This document shows, piece by piece, positions 39,579-49,706 of a stretch of 64,000 nt of DNA (within the stretch, counting starts at the first letter, position 1; the number at the start of each line of letters is the position of its first letter). Location of the stretch: positions 1,088,001 through 1,152,000 of the forward strand of contig OY769902.1 in NCBI GenBank assembly GCA_963669175.1, read 5' to 3'. The notes below the pieces were generated by a model. That model saw only the letters and a program-made list of their open reading frames with translations, was not told the origin of the DNA and searched no databases. The translations under genes and the position numbers were made by a program. The stretch is from a bacterium (GTDB taxonomy: Bacteria; Electryoneota; Electryoneia; Electryoneales; Electryoneaceae).

Positions 39579-40409
39579 GTGAGCGAAGAACGTCTGGTAC
39601 GTGAGCTGATAGAGTTTGGGTTGTCGGAACGTGAGTCCAGCTTGTATGTGGCGATGCTGGCTCAGCGTGAGGTGTCGGCCGGGGAGTTGCATCGTATTAC
39701 CGGGATGAACCGGGCGAAGACGTATACGATCCTGGCGCAAATGGTCAGCCGTGGGTTGTGCAAAGAACGGAAAGATGGTCGGCATCGGTATTTCAGCGCC
39801 ATGCCGCCGGCCAGCATCCTGGAAAGCATGAAGGCCCAATGGCAGCGCAGGCGGCAGCGTGCGGAATCGGTATTTGATGAGTTGGATGACCTGTTTGTTG
39901 CCGGCAATGGATCGGGACGTCTGCTGGATCTGGTTGAGGTGGTCCGGGGCAAGGAGCAGCATGCCAGCCGTTTGCAGCAGTTGACAGACCGGGTGAAAGA
40001 GGAAGTGCTGGCCCTGGCGCGCGCTCCGTACCCTTTGCTGGAGTTGCAGCAGGAACAGAGGCGTGAGTTAACGACAACCATTGCAACACCTTCGACAGTC
40101 ATTGATCGTGCGATTTACATGATCAACGACCCGAGTTTCAATGATATACGTAATGTCCTGCGTCGTTCAGTCGGGTTGCGTCCCTGGGAAGAGATGCGAG
40201 TGATCGATTATGTTCCGCTGAAAATGTACATCTATGACCGTAAACTGGTGTATATGGCATTGCCTTCAGGGCGGGTACAATACAGTCCGGACAGCACAAT
40301 GGTGCTGATTGAAGATCCTGGTCTGGCGGAGTTGTGCCGGAACGCGTTTTACCGGTTATGGGAACAGGCGCAGCCATTCCCGGAATGGGAGTCTCAGAAT
40401 AGCGATTAA
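39579..40409 (+). CDS. TrmB-family transcriptional regulator
   Basis: FGLSERESSLYVAML...RAKTYTILAQM; PLKMYIYDRK; start uncertain. Confidence 0.87.
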   Translation: MSEERLVRELIEFGLSERESSLYVAMLAQREVSAGELHRITGMNRAKTYTILAQMVSRGLCKERKDGRHRYFSAMPPASILESMKAQWQRRRQRAESVFDELDDLFVAGNGSGRLLDLVEVVRGKEQHASRLQQLTDRVKEEVLALARAPYPLLELQQEQRRELTTTIATPSTVIDRAIYMINDPSFNDIRNVLRRSVGLRPWEEMRVIDYVPLKMYIYDRKLVYMALPSGRVQYSPDSTMVLIEDPGLAELCRNAFYRLWEQAQPFPEWESQNSD

Positions 40410-40481
40410 CATAGTGGTGGGCGATGCTGCTATGGCGACTGTGAGCTGATTTGCGACGGGTTGGGTCGCGGGGAGGGAAGT

Positions 40482-40709
40482 ATGGTTGCTGAATCTGTCA
40501 TGGACCGGACAGGGAGAGACGAGGTCTGTGTCCTGCTGGATCGACACGAAGTGCCCTACACGCTTCACGAGGGAATGTTGCTGTTGCTGGACAGCAACCC
40601 AAACAACCTCACGAAGTTAAGGGATATTGGTTTCCGCCTGGGGAATGGATGTGAAGAATTCAGATACCTGCTGTATTATAAAGGGAAACGGGTTGGTTGT
40701 GTGAAATAA
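40482..40709 (+). CDS. 75-aa hypothetical protein
   Basis: GGGAGGG RBS before ATG; protein-like composition; no family recognised. Confidence 0.55.
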   Translation: MVAESVMDRTGRDEVCVLLDRHEVPYTLHEGMLLLLDSNPNNLTKLRDIGFRLGNGCEEFRYLLYYKGKRVGCVK

Positions 40710-40920
40710 AGAACGTAACACCGGTGTGTCTTGATTGATGGAACTTGTGAATGAGTGATACGTTCAAGCCAGGAAAACAAACCGGTGTGCTACCTCTCTC
40801 TTTGCGAGCCAACAGAGCTGACAACGGGTACTTCTGAGTGTATCTTTGTAGTTTTAGGGTTTTTGGATATTGACTGCTGGATTCTGGACGCGATAACAGA
40901 CCAAAACCAAGAGGTAACCG

Positions 40921-42564
40921 TTGCCAAAGCGGCGTGAGCAAGTAAATATCTCGAAAGTATTGATTCTAAGCCTGGCAATGGCCGGAGCCTACCTGATCGG
41001 TATGGCGACTGGCGGCAGGCTGGGTTTCTACGGGGCAACCGTACCACCTTCCTTCAACAAGTTTTCCGAAGTATTGCACCTGGTGGACAAGGCATACGTT
41101 GATGATGTCGCCGTTGATACTCTTGTTCAGGGGGCGATTGAAGGGCTGCTCAGCAACCTTGACCCGCACTCGGTATATATTCCTCCCAAAGAACAAACAC
41201 AGATTGCCGAGCGTTTTGCCGGTGAGTTCAGCGGTATCGGCATTCAGTTTGAGATACGTGACAACCACATCCTGGTAGTCAGTCCCATACCGGGGACTCC
41301 GGCAGATCGTCTTGGACTTTCAGCCGGGGACCGCATTGTCGAGATCGATGGCGTCAGTACATTCGGCATCACCAACGATGATGTGTTTGAACGGTTGCGT
41401 GGTCCTGAAGGCTCCGAGGTCCGGCTGACTATTCTGCGTCCCGGTGAAGATGAACAGTTTGAACTGGTCGTTACCCGGAGCCGGATCCCGATTCATTCGG
41501 TGGATGCTGCTTTCCTGCTGGATGATGGTATCACCGGGTATGTGATTATCAACCAGTTTACGTCTATCACGACGATAGAGCTGGAAACAGCGCTGGATTC
41601 GCTGGCGTTGCTGGGAATGAAACAGTTGGTCGTTGATTTACGTGGCAACTCCGGTGGTTACCTTGGCCAGGCGGACCAGGTGGCCAATCTTTTCCTGCCC
41701 GGTGGGCGTGAAATTGTGTCGACTGAAGGAAGAATTCTCAACGAGCGCGAGGCGTTGTACTCATCAAACGTGCATACTCCGTTAGGACATTCCTTCCAGC
41801 AAATCCCACTGGTGGTGCTGGTCGACAATGGGAGCGCGTCGGCCAGTGAAATTGTTGCGGGAGCTATTCAGGACAATGATCGCGGGCTGATTATCGGGCG
41901 GCCGACCTTTGGGAAGGGGCTGGTACAGTCTCCCTTTAATCTTGAAGATGGTAGCGTCGTCCGAATTACTACTGCACGCTGGTATACGCCTTCCGGACGA
42001 TGTGTACAGCGTCCCTGGGATAAGGGCCTTGGTGAATATTTCATGGAAGCCAGTGGTCTGGTGGAAGAGGAGGACAGTACATCTTCCGACATGGATGCGA
42101 CTCGCAAGCAGCAGTATCATACACGAACCGGACGTACCGTATATGGGAATGAAGGCATCCGTCCGGATCTGGATGTCGATCCGGGGCGTCTAAGCGATTA
42201 TGGAGTCAAGCTGGTTCGCAGTCGGGTGGTGATTGACTGGTCACGCAAACTGGCTGACAGTCTCGCCATACCGGAGATGGATTTTGTGAACTTCCGCGAT
42301 CACTGGACCTTGTCTCCGGAGCTTGAGCGAGAGTTCATCCGGTATGCAAAGAAAGAGAAAGATATCGAGTTTGACGCGCGTGGCTGGGCGGAAGACCGTA
42401 AATTTATCCTGAACCAGATCAAGGCAGAACTTGCCATGCGCATATATAACGGGCGAGAATTCATGTGGCAGGTGCTGGTGACGGAGGACAACCAGGTACG
42501 CGAAGCGATGCGGCAAATGGAGCAGGCTGACAGTCTGTTTCGCGCCCCTTCCGCCCCGTTGTGA
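40921..42564 (+). CDS. ctpA: S41 carboxyl-terminal processing protease (CtpA/Prc)
   Basis: LDPHSVY; PDZ GIGI; DLRGNSGG; SASASEIVAGAIQD; TFGKGLVQ; start uncertain. Confidence 0.93.
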   Translation: MPKRREQVNISKVLILSLAMAGAYLIGMATGGRLGFYGATVPPSFNKFSEVLHLVDKAYVDDVAVDTLVQGAIEGLLSNLDPHSVYIPPKEQTQIAERFAGEFSGIGIQFEIRDNHILVVSPIPGTPADRLGLSAGDRIVEIDGVSTFGITNDDVFERLRGPEGSEVRLTILRPGEDEQFELVVTRSRIPIHSVDAAFLLDDGITGYVIINQFTSITTIELETALDSLALLGMKQLVVDLRGNSGGYLGQADQVANLFLPGGREIVSTEGRILNEREALYSSNVHTPLGHSFQQIPLVVLVDNGSASASEIVAGAIQDNDRGLIIGRPTFGKGLVQSPFNLEDGSVVRITTARWYTPSGRCVQRPWDKGLGEYFMEASGLVEEEDSTSSDMDATRKQQYHTRTGRTVYGNEGIRPDLDVDPGRLSDYGVKLVRSRVVIDWSRKLADSLAIPEMDFVNFRDHWTLSPELEREFIRYAKKEKDIEFDARGWAEDRKFILNQIKAELAMRIYNGREFMWQVLVTEDNQVREAMRQMEQADSLFRAPSAPL

Positions 42565-42698
42565 GGTTGACTCGCTGGAACGATTGTTTGTACGTTTGTT
42601 GCTGTTGTGTATTGGCTTGTAAGCTCAAGTAAAAAAGTGCGATGGCCGAAAAAATGTTGCGGCCAATTTCGCGTGTACGGACACGGAGGTCTGTCGAA

Positions 42699-43331
42699 AT
42701 GGTTGAACTGTTCTACAAGGGCGGCGGTTTCATGTGGCCCATTCTGGGCGTCTTCATTTTTGGTCTGGGTTTCGCCATTGAGCGCCTGATCAGCCTGATG
42801 ATGTCGATGCCAGGGAACAAGAAGAAGTTTGTCATGAAGGTGAATTCTGCCCTTCGTGAAGGTGGTCCCGATGCTGCCATGGAAATTTGCTCGTCTACAC
42901 GTGGTCCTGTGGCGTCTGTGTTCAACGCAGGCCTGATGCGTATGCACCGTGGTATTGATGCCATGGAAAAGGCAATCATGAATGCCGGTCAGATCGAGAT
43001 GAGCTTCCTGGAGAAGAACCTGGTCTGGATATCCACGGTAATCGCGGTAGCCCCGATGCTTGGGTTCACCGGAACCGTCTGGGGCATGATCAGTGCGTTC
43101 GACTCCATTGCAGCGTCCAACGACATTACCCCGTCGATTGTGGCCGATGGTATTTCCCAGGCCCTGTTGACCACGGTATTTGGTCTGGTAGTCGCGATGA
43201 TCATGCAGATCTTCTCGAACCTGTTCATCTCCATGATTGACAAGATCGTCAATGACATGCAGGAAGCGTCGATCGAGTTCGTGGAAACGCTTGCCGAGTT
43301 TTCGGATAACGGCGGCAAATCTGCCGAGTAA
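42699..43331 (+). CDS. exbB: MotA/TolQ/ExbB proton channel protein
   Basis: APMLGFTGTVWGMI; GISQALLTTVFGL. Confidence 0.9.
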   Translation: MVELFYKGGGFMWPILGVFIFGLGFAIERLISLMMSMPGNKKKFVMKVNSALREGGPDAAMEICSSTRGPVASVFNAGLMRMHRGIDAMEKAIMNAGQIEMSFLEKNLVWISTVIAVAPMLGFTGTVWGMISAFDSIAASNDITPSIVADGISQALLTTVFGLVVAMIMQIFSNLFISMIDKIVNDMQEASIEFVETLAEFSDNGGKSAE

Positions 43332-43351
43332 TCCCGAACCAGGAGGCGAGC

Positions 43352-43774
43352 ATGGACATTCGACGACGTAAAAAACCGAATGATGAAATCCCGACGGCGT
43401 CCTTACCCGACATCGTCTTCATGCTCCTCATCTTCTTCCTGGTCACGACGACGATCGATATGGACAAGGGGATCATGATGGTCCTCCCGGACCGTGGCGG
43501 CGAGTTCAAGGTTAACCCCGAGAACATCTGCAATGTGTTAGTCAACGCTACGGGCCAGGTCCTGGTAGATGATGAACCGGTCGAACTTCGACAGATCTCG
43601 GATAAGGTAGAGAGCAAGGTAATTTCCCGCGGCAAGGATGCCGATGGAAAATGGAAGCTTATTGTTTCCATTAAAACCGAACCGGATACGCCCTATAATA
43701 CCTATATCCAGGTCCTGGACCAGGTGAAACGAACCAAGGCGACGAAAATCAGCATCGCCGAACCGGAACAGTAA
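43352..43774 (+). CDS. exbD: Biopolymer transporter ExbD
   Basis: SLPDIVFMLLIFFLVTT. Confidence 0.9.
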   Translation: MDIRRRKKPNDEIPTASLPDIVFMLLIFFLVTTTIDMDKGIMMVLPDRGGEFKVNPENICNVLVNATGQVLVDDEPVELRQISDKVESKVISRGKDADGKWKLIVSIKTEPDTPYNTYIQVLDQVKRTKATKISIAEPEQ

Positions 43775-43792
43775 GTAAAGCAGGAGTCGAAG

Positions 43793-44203
43793 GTGCAGTT
43801 TTCGAGGAAAAGCAAAGCGTCTGCGGATATCCCAACCGCATCGCTCCCCGACATCATCTTCATGCTGCTGATCTTCTTCATGGTGGCGACGGTGTTTAAG
43901 GAGTTTCGCGGATTGCCGATTCAGCTTCCTGCCGCACTCAAGACAGAGAAGCTCGAATCGAAGCGGAATGTCGCCTATGTTTGGATCGGAAGGCAGGGGC
44001 AGATCTCCGTCGATGATAAAATCATTGCGATGGATGATGTCAGCCCGATTTTGTCGGACAAGTTCGCCCAGAATCGTCGCTTGTTGATCAGCTTGAAGAT
44101 TGACAAGGAAGTGAAGATGGGCATTGTGTCGGACCTGCATGAAAAATTGCGGGACGCCTATACCTTACGCATCAACTACGCTACCAAGCATGTTGAGAAC
44201 TAG
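43793..44203 (+). CDS. exbD: Biopolymer transporter ExbD (second copy)
   Basis: SLPDIIFMLLIFFMVAT. Confidence 0.9.
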   Translation: MQFSRKSKASADIPTASLPDIIFMLLIFFMVATVFKEFRGLPIQLPAALKTEKLESKRNVAYVWIGRQGQISVDDKIIAMDDVSPILSDKFAQNRRLLISLKIDKEVKMGIVSDLHEKLRDAYTLRINYATKHVEN

Positions 44204-44223
44204 GTTAGCGGCAGGAGAAGCGC

Positions 44224-44886
44224 ATGTTATCGTTTAAGAATCCAGAAGCGGAAGTGCGTCTGGGCTATCCCAAGCGGTTGGAGCTGGGATTGGTTATCGC
44301 TCTTCTCCTTGTTGGGACAGTCTTCCTGCTTTCCAAGCGGTTTGATCAGGAAATCGTGATCAAGAAAGCAGAAGAAGTAGTCCTGCAGACGGAGGAGATC
44401 CCGATCACTCAGCAGGTGAAGCGTCCGCCGCCCCCGGCGCGACCCTCCATCCCGATTGAGGACCCGGATGTAGAAGAAGAGGACATGATCCCCTTCGAAG
44501 ATATTGATGAAATTGACTGGTCTTCAGAAGCGCCACCACCTCCGCCGGCAAAGGCCGAAGATGTTGTGGTCGACTTCTTCGCGGTCGAAGAACCCCCGCA
44601 AATGGCGGGCGGCGCCCAGGCCCTGTATGACTATATCGCCAAGAACAATCTGTATCCCAAGCTGGCGCTTGACGCCGGGTTGAACGGCGATGTGATCATC
44701 GTGTTTGTTGTGGACGAAAAAGGCTTCCCGATTGATGTGCAGGTTGCCCAGGAACGTCCCGAAGGTCTTGGTTTCGGTGAAGCCGGTGTGAAAGCGGTAT
44801 CCGCACAGAAGTTCTCACCTGGCTATCAGCGTGACCGTGCAGTCAAGGTGAAAATGCAGCAGGTTATCCGGTTCCGGATCGAGTAA
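44224..44886 (+). CDS. tonB: Energy transducer TonB
   Basis: N-terminal TM, Pro-rich linker, YP..A...G..G.V.V.FVVDEKG TonB_C domain. Confidence 0.9.
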   Translation: MLSFKNPEAEVRLGYPKRLELGLVIALLLVGTVFLLSKRFDQEIVIKKAEEVVLQTEEIPITQQVKRPPPPARPSIPIEDPDVEEEDMIPFEDIDEIDWSSEAPPPPPAKAEDVVVDFFAVEEPPQMAGGAQALYDYIAKNNLYPKLALDAGLNGDVIIVFVVDEKGFPIDVQVAQERPEGLGFGEAGVKAVSAQKFSPGYQRDRAVKVKMQQVIRFRIE

Positions 44887-44978
44887 TGGAATCGGTTAAG
44901 AAGCTTTTTGAGCCTCATCCCTACAGGGGGTGAGGCTTGTTTATGTAACAGCGAGCGACCAGGAGCGAGGAGGGAAAG

Positions 44979-46151
44979 ATGAAGAAGCTGCGATTCGCGT
45001 TGTTGTTGCACTTTCTGTTGGGTGTGCTGGTTGTATTGTTTGCAGGCTGTGCCGATGATTCCGACGATCCTGTTTCCTCAGAAGGAAGCAATTCCGGTGA
45101 GTGGACTCTGCATGAGTCATTCTTCAGGGACAGCAAGATTCTCCTCAATGGGGCTGTAACCAATGATACGTTTGTTGTAGCTCAGCTTTCAGCGGTTAGC
45201 TGGTTTGGTACTTCATCACTCACACCAGTCCAGAATAGCCATATTGGCGGTTCTCGAGCGCTGGATGCCAAACCGGCCATACATGGGTCGCTTGCGATAT
45301 ACAAGTTGGAAGGCGACAACCAGCTTCTCATTGGCAGCGCAAATCAACCATTTTCAAGTGGTGGTTTTGCCTGGGGGATATGCCTGCATGATTATGACAG
45401 CACGATATCCGAGGACGCAACCATCCCCGTAGATTATCACACCTACCCGGTCGGCGCGTTTAACGACAACGGCCTCTTCCTTACCATGGTTTCCGATACG
45501 TCGTACTATTACCGCACGAACAATTCACTATGCCTTATCAACTTGAATCCCTACGATTATGGATATGGGATGATTGAACTGGACCCGGAAATATTGAAAA
45601 TTCCGCTTGAACGCGATCAATACTACCGACTCAATTACATCGGTGCTGTTGGTGAACGATTTTTCGTTTCCCTGGACGGGTCCGGTAATCAGTTGTTGAT
45701 TGTAGAACCTGATGGACGGGTTACAATCAATACTGATATACCGGACAGGATTACAGACATTTGTAGTTATAATGGTGTGTTGTACGCCAGCACCAGTTAC
45801 GTACATGAAGTATATTACTCGGTAGATCAGGGGACGACCTGGGAGTTGCTGGGTACCGGCTTCCCCGCGCCCGGGATCAGGTTTGCTATCATTCAGGATG
45901 AGCTTTGTTTTTATGTTTACAGCCAGATCGGTCGGTTTGATCTCGACAATGAGGTTGTTCTCGAGCTGGACAACACAGGACTGGAGGGTGATGAAATTAC
46001 TTCAGTCAACGAATTTAACGGGTATGTGTGGATTACCACACTGAATGGACTATACTTTAAACCGGTTGAGGATTTTTTTCTGGAAAGAGTGGTAGAACAA
46101 TCGCTGGCCGAAACCATCCAGGTGGAAACATTGCCTCACAGTGTTGATTAA
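44979..46151 (+). CDS. Hypothetical lipoprotein (beta-rich, Asp-box)
   Basis: Lipobox FAGC; SVDQGTTW Asp-box. Confidence 0.75.
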   Translation: MKKLRFALLLHFLLGVLVVLFAGCADDSDDPVSSEGSNSGEWTLHESFFRDSKILLNGAVTNDTFVVAQLSAVSWFGTSSLTPVQNSHIGGSRALDAKPAIHGSLAIYKLEGDNQLLIGSANQPFSSGGFAWGICLHDYDSTISEDATIPVDYHTYPVGAFNDNGLFLTMVSDTSYYYRTNNSLCLINLNPYDYGYGMIELDPEILKIPLERDQYYRLNYIGAVGERFFVSLDGSGNQLLIVEPDGRVTINTDIPDRITDICSYNGVLYASTSYVHEVYYSVDQGTTWELLGTGFPAPGIRFAIIQDELCFYVYSQIGRFDLDNEVVLELDNTGLEGDEITSVNEFNGYVWITTLNGLYFKPVEDFFLERVVEQSLAETIQVETLPHSVD

Positions 46152-46184
46152 GTCACACTTTCAGAAGCAGGAGTAAAACACGGC

Positions 46185-46793
46185 ATGGACCGTCTTTCAT
46201 TACGCCGCTATTTGCACATCCTTCGTGATGCGACAACCGATACCCAGACTTTCCGCTGGGCTTCCGATAACCTTTCCCGCCTGTTATGCGGGGAAGCATT
46301 GGCAAAACTGCATCATATCGAGGAAACCGTTGAGACACCGGTCGGGCAGTCAACCGGGCCACGTTTCGGCAATAACCTGATGGTGGTTCCGGTGTATCGT
46401 GCCGGGCAGTCCCTGGTGCAGGCGTTTTTTGAAGCGGTTCCCGGGGTCTCGATTGGTTCCGTCCTGATTCAGCGTGACGAAGAGACCGCACAACCGAAGC
46501 TGTTCTACCGGAAACTGGCCAATCCGTTGCCGAAACATGTCATAATCGTTGATCCCATGCTGGCAACGGCGGGAACGGCCTGTATGGCGGTAGATATCCT
46601 GATGGAACAGGGGTATGAGCCGGACCATATCTACTTCATGGGAGTGATCGCCGCGCAGGCAGGCTTTGACCGTCTGGCGGGAAAGATACCAGCGGAACAT
46701 ATCACCCTTGCGGCGATCGACCCGGAGCTGAACGACAGGAAGTATATCGTCCCCGGTTTGGGGGATTATGGAGACCGTTATTTCGGAACGTGA
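46185..46793 (+). CDS. upp: Uracil phosphoribosyltransferase
   Basis: VPVYRAG; QRDEET; PRPP-binding VDPMLATAGT; YIVPGLGDYGDRYFGT. Confidence 0.93.
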   Translation: MDRLSLRRYLHILRDATTDTQTFRWASDNLSRLLCGEALAKLHHIEETVETPVGQSTGPRFGNNLMVVPVYRAGQSLVQAFFEAVPGVSIGSVLIQRDEETAQPKLFYRKLANPLPKHVIIVDPMLATAGTACMAVDILMEQGYEPDHIYFMGVIAAQAGFDRLAGKIPAEHITLAAIDPELNDRKYIVPGLGDYGDRYFGT

Positions 46794-46847
46794 TCATTTT
46801 CTTAACAGGATAATAGGATAGAAGGATAATAAGGATAAAGTATGATT

Positions 46848-47180
46848 GGCTGCTCACAGGAATTTGTGCGTATTATCTACGAGTCCGTTTCGTCAGGTCT
46901 TGACGTGATGCTGTTTTCGCGTTCTTCTCAGCAATTTCAGACACCTGTCCGACTTCACACATGCTATTTCGCTTGATGGATCGTCATCAGGCATCACGTT
47001 GTGACCTGACGACAGCGAGAATGTTGAATCATGTGGCAGGTCACAACGCGACAATAACAGGGCGCGAGGTGGTTTCAGTATCATTGTGCATTCTGGAAAA
47101 CACAGCAAAAGTCGAAGACGAAATGTCGCGTCAAGACCTGCCACAACATTGCCCGGATGCACAAATTCTTGTGAGGAACC
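46848..47180 (+). mobile_element. Non-autonomous MITE (333 bp) with TIRs and 8-bp TSD
   Basis: TIRs GGCTGCTCACAGGAATTTGTGC / GCACAAATTCTTGTGAGGAACC; GTATGATT at 46840-46847 and 47181-47188. Confidence 0.92.
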
Positions 47181-47260
47181 GTATGATTGAGCTTACAGGA
47201 TAAAAGGGATAGAAAGGATTTTAAGGATTTGGAATACTTATAAAAACTGAACGACATGAT

Positions 47261-47551
47261 TGTTATAGCGATTCCCATTATTAGTCCGTCATAGGGTCAT
47301 GTGCTATATCAGTGAAAGATCCTTTATTGGTTTTGAATAAAGGAGATGGAAAAAGGGGACAGTTTCCTTTCCCTGCAGCAAAAGCCTTCCCGCTGTGAGC
47401 ATGGACCAGGAAAGGTGGCTGTACCCTTTTTCTTGAGAGCAGGCAGGAATTACACGGAAAAGGGGACAGTTTCCTTTTCCAGGAATACTTCAGAGATATT
47501 CTGCATAAGCGCGAGGAAAAGGATCCCGTCCCCTTTTCCCGGCAATCTCCA
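47261..47551. repeat. About 290-bp GGGGACAG element (copy 2)
   Basis: Reverse complement of 15717-16006. Confidence 0.88.
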
Positions 47552-47674
47552 TTATGACGGAATAAAATCGAGAACAGTTATATCTGTCCGAATCTCGGTC
47601 ATGTCTTTTGTCTTAAAGAAAATAAAATCCCTGGTATCCTTGTATCCTACTATCCTGTGAGACATGGGGGGAGC

Positions 47675-48628
47675 ATGAACGAATATACTCGACGCATCAA
47701 CCGGGTGATTGACTATATCGACAGAAATCTGGCCAATCCGCTTACGATTGAAGAGCTGGCGGACGTTGCGAATTTCTCCAAGTTTCATTTTCATCGCATT
47801 TTCTCCACCTTCATGCGTGAACCGTTGTATGCCTATATCCTTCGCATCCGTCTGGAAAAGGCCGCACACCGCTTGTACAGCGACAAGAAAAGACCTGTCA
47901 CCGACATCGCCCTGTCCGCTGGTTTTTCCAGTGCATCGGTGTTCGCCCGTGCTTTCAAGGAACGCTTCGGCATGTCAGCCAGTGAATGGCGTCAACTGGC
48001 CGACGTGTCCATGGAAATGGAAGACAGCAAGATTCGTCAAACGAATGGCAAGGAAAGTGAAGCAGCCTTCGCCGTTTCGACCCATTTTAATCGTCGAACC
48101 GGAAAACCAACCTGGAGGCTGACCAAGATGGATCAGAAGAGCATGGAAGTGGAAGTACGTACTGAAACGATTAAAGATCTGCCGGTAGCGTATGTGCGGT
48201 ATGTAGGACCGTACCAGGGCGATGAGTCGTTGTTCGAGCGTCTGTTCGGGCAGTTGATGCAGTGGGCCGGGCCACGTGGTGTGGTGCGTGAAGATACGTT
48301 GATGATGACGCTCTACCACGATGACCCTTCCCTGACCGATGGGGATAAATTGCGCATTAGCGTGTGTATGACAGTCCCGCCCGAAACAGAAGTAGAAGGC
48401 GAAATCGGGAAGATGGAGATCAAGGGCGGGCAATATGCAATCGGTGAATTCCTGATCAGGGGTGATGAATACGCAATGGCGTGGAAAGCGATGTACGGTG
48501 ACTGGCTACCCCAAAGCGGCTATATGCCTGATGACCGGCTGCCGTTCGAACGCTACCTGAATAATCCCGACGAGCACCCGGACAAGAAGCATCATTTCGA
48601 AATCTGGGTTCCGATTGTGCCGATTTGA
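47675..48628 (+). CDS. AraC-family regulator with GyrI-like effector domain
   Basis: FSKFHFHRIF; RLEKAA; GFSSASVFARAFK; YVRYVGPY; WLPQSGY. Confidence 0.93.
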   Translation: MNEYTRRINRVIDYIDRNLANPLTIEELADVANFSKFHFHRIFSTFMREPLYAYILRIRLEKAAHRLYSDKKRPVTDIALSAGFSSASVFARAFKERFGMSASEWRQLADVSMEMEDSKIRQTNGKESEAAFAVSTHFNRRTGKPTWRLTKMDQKSMEVEVRTETIKDLPVAYVRYVGPYQGDESLFERLFGQLMQWAGPRGVVREDTLMMTLYHDDPSLTDGDKLRISVCMTVPPETEVEGEIGKMEIKGGQYAIGEFLIRGDEYAMAWKAMYGDWLPQSGYMPDDRLPFERYLNNPDEHPDKKHHFEIWVPIVPI

Positions 48629-48659
48629 TTGTTAAAAAGATAGTCAAACCTCAAACCAT

Positions 48660-49706
48660 TCAGCCTGCTGTGCGTCGGGTTGAATGGTTTTTCAATTTCA
48701 GGAACAACCAGGAAGCCCCGCTGGTAACCGCCAGGATCAATGCAAACCAGCCTGCCAGCGTGATCAAAGGCTGCGATTTATACAGTTCAGTTCCGATGTT
48801 GCCGATAAGCAGCCATTGAATGACATAGGCTATGGTCACATTGCGTCCCAGCCAGACCAGGTAGCGAAGCGGCGCGCTTTTTCCCGCTACAGACAGCAAC
48901 AGGTGCAGCAGGATAAACCATACCACATTCAGCGCCAAGGTCCACAGGTAGAACATAAGTCCATGATGGTAATATGCCTCCAGTTCAGCAGAAGTGTTTA
49001 TTCCCCACCCAATCGACAACAACAAAGCAAGTCCCGCGATGGGAAAAGCAGCACTCAAAACCTGCCTGGAGAACAGGTTGACTTTTCCTTGATGAACAAG
49101 TTGATATAAGAGGAAGCCGGTTAAAGGGTAGGCCAACCACGGTAACAGGGGGAAATAGGACCATTCGTAATCACCGGCAATAAATGCGAAAAGGTAGGAC
49201 CAGGCAGAATCTACGGACATATGCTCGTTTCCCGAGGGGGTGACAAGCAGAACAGCCAGGATTCCGGCAAGCGTAATGAGTGGCGATCGTTTTAATACGG
49301 ATTTCAGTCCCGCCAGAATCAGAATGGCCAAAGAAGCGACAAACAGGATATCAACGCCCAGAAGGTATTCCCAGGGATTAACATCCAGTGTTCCGGCAAA
49401 ATACCGGATAAACAGATGAGCGTTCAGACCGGCATTCAACAGAAACGCCAGCGCCAATATTTTCAATCCACGGCCAAGCAGGGACATGGTCGAGCGTGAA
49501 CTGGCCGCAACGAAATAGCCCATGATGCCGATAAAAAGGGGGGCTACCAGTGGCCCGCCAAGAAACAGGGACGCCTTGCCCGGAGCGCTGTCGTACACCT
49601 CCTTCAGGGCAAACACCTCGGTAAGGTGTACCTGAATCATGAGGATTACGGCAATTCCTTTGGCTGCATCGGCCAAATCCAGCCTGGATAACGCTCGCTG
49701 GGGCAT
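48660..49706 (-). CDS. DUF1624 / HGSNAT-like membrane acyltransferase domain protein
   Basis: DAAKGIAVILMIQVH; APLF; DIL; YFPLLPW. Confidence 0.8.
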   Translation of the reverse strand: MPQRALSRLDLADAAKGIAVILMIQVHLTEVFALKEVYDSAPGKASLFLGGPLVAPLFIGIMGYFVAASSRSTMSLLGRGLKILALAFLLNAGLNAHLFIRYFAGTLDVNPWEYLLGVDILFVASLAILILAGLKSVLKRSPLITLAGILAVLLVTPSGNEHMSVDSAWSYLFAFIAGDYEWSYFPLLPWLAYPLTGFLLYQLVHQGKVNLFSRQVLSAAFPIAGLALLLSIGWGINTSAELEAYYHHGLMFYLWTLALNVVWFILLHLLLSVAGKSAPLRYLVWLGRNVTIAYVIQWLLIGNIGTELYKSQPLITLAGWFALILAVTSGASWLFLKLKNHSTRRTAG

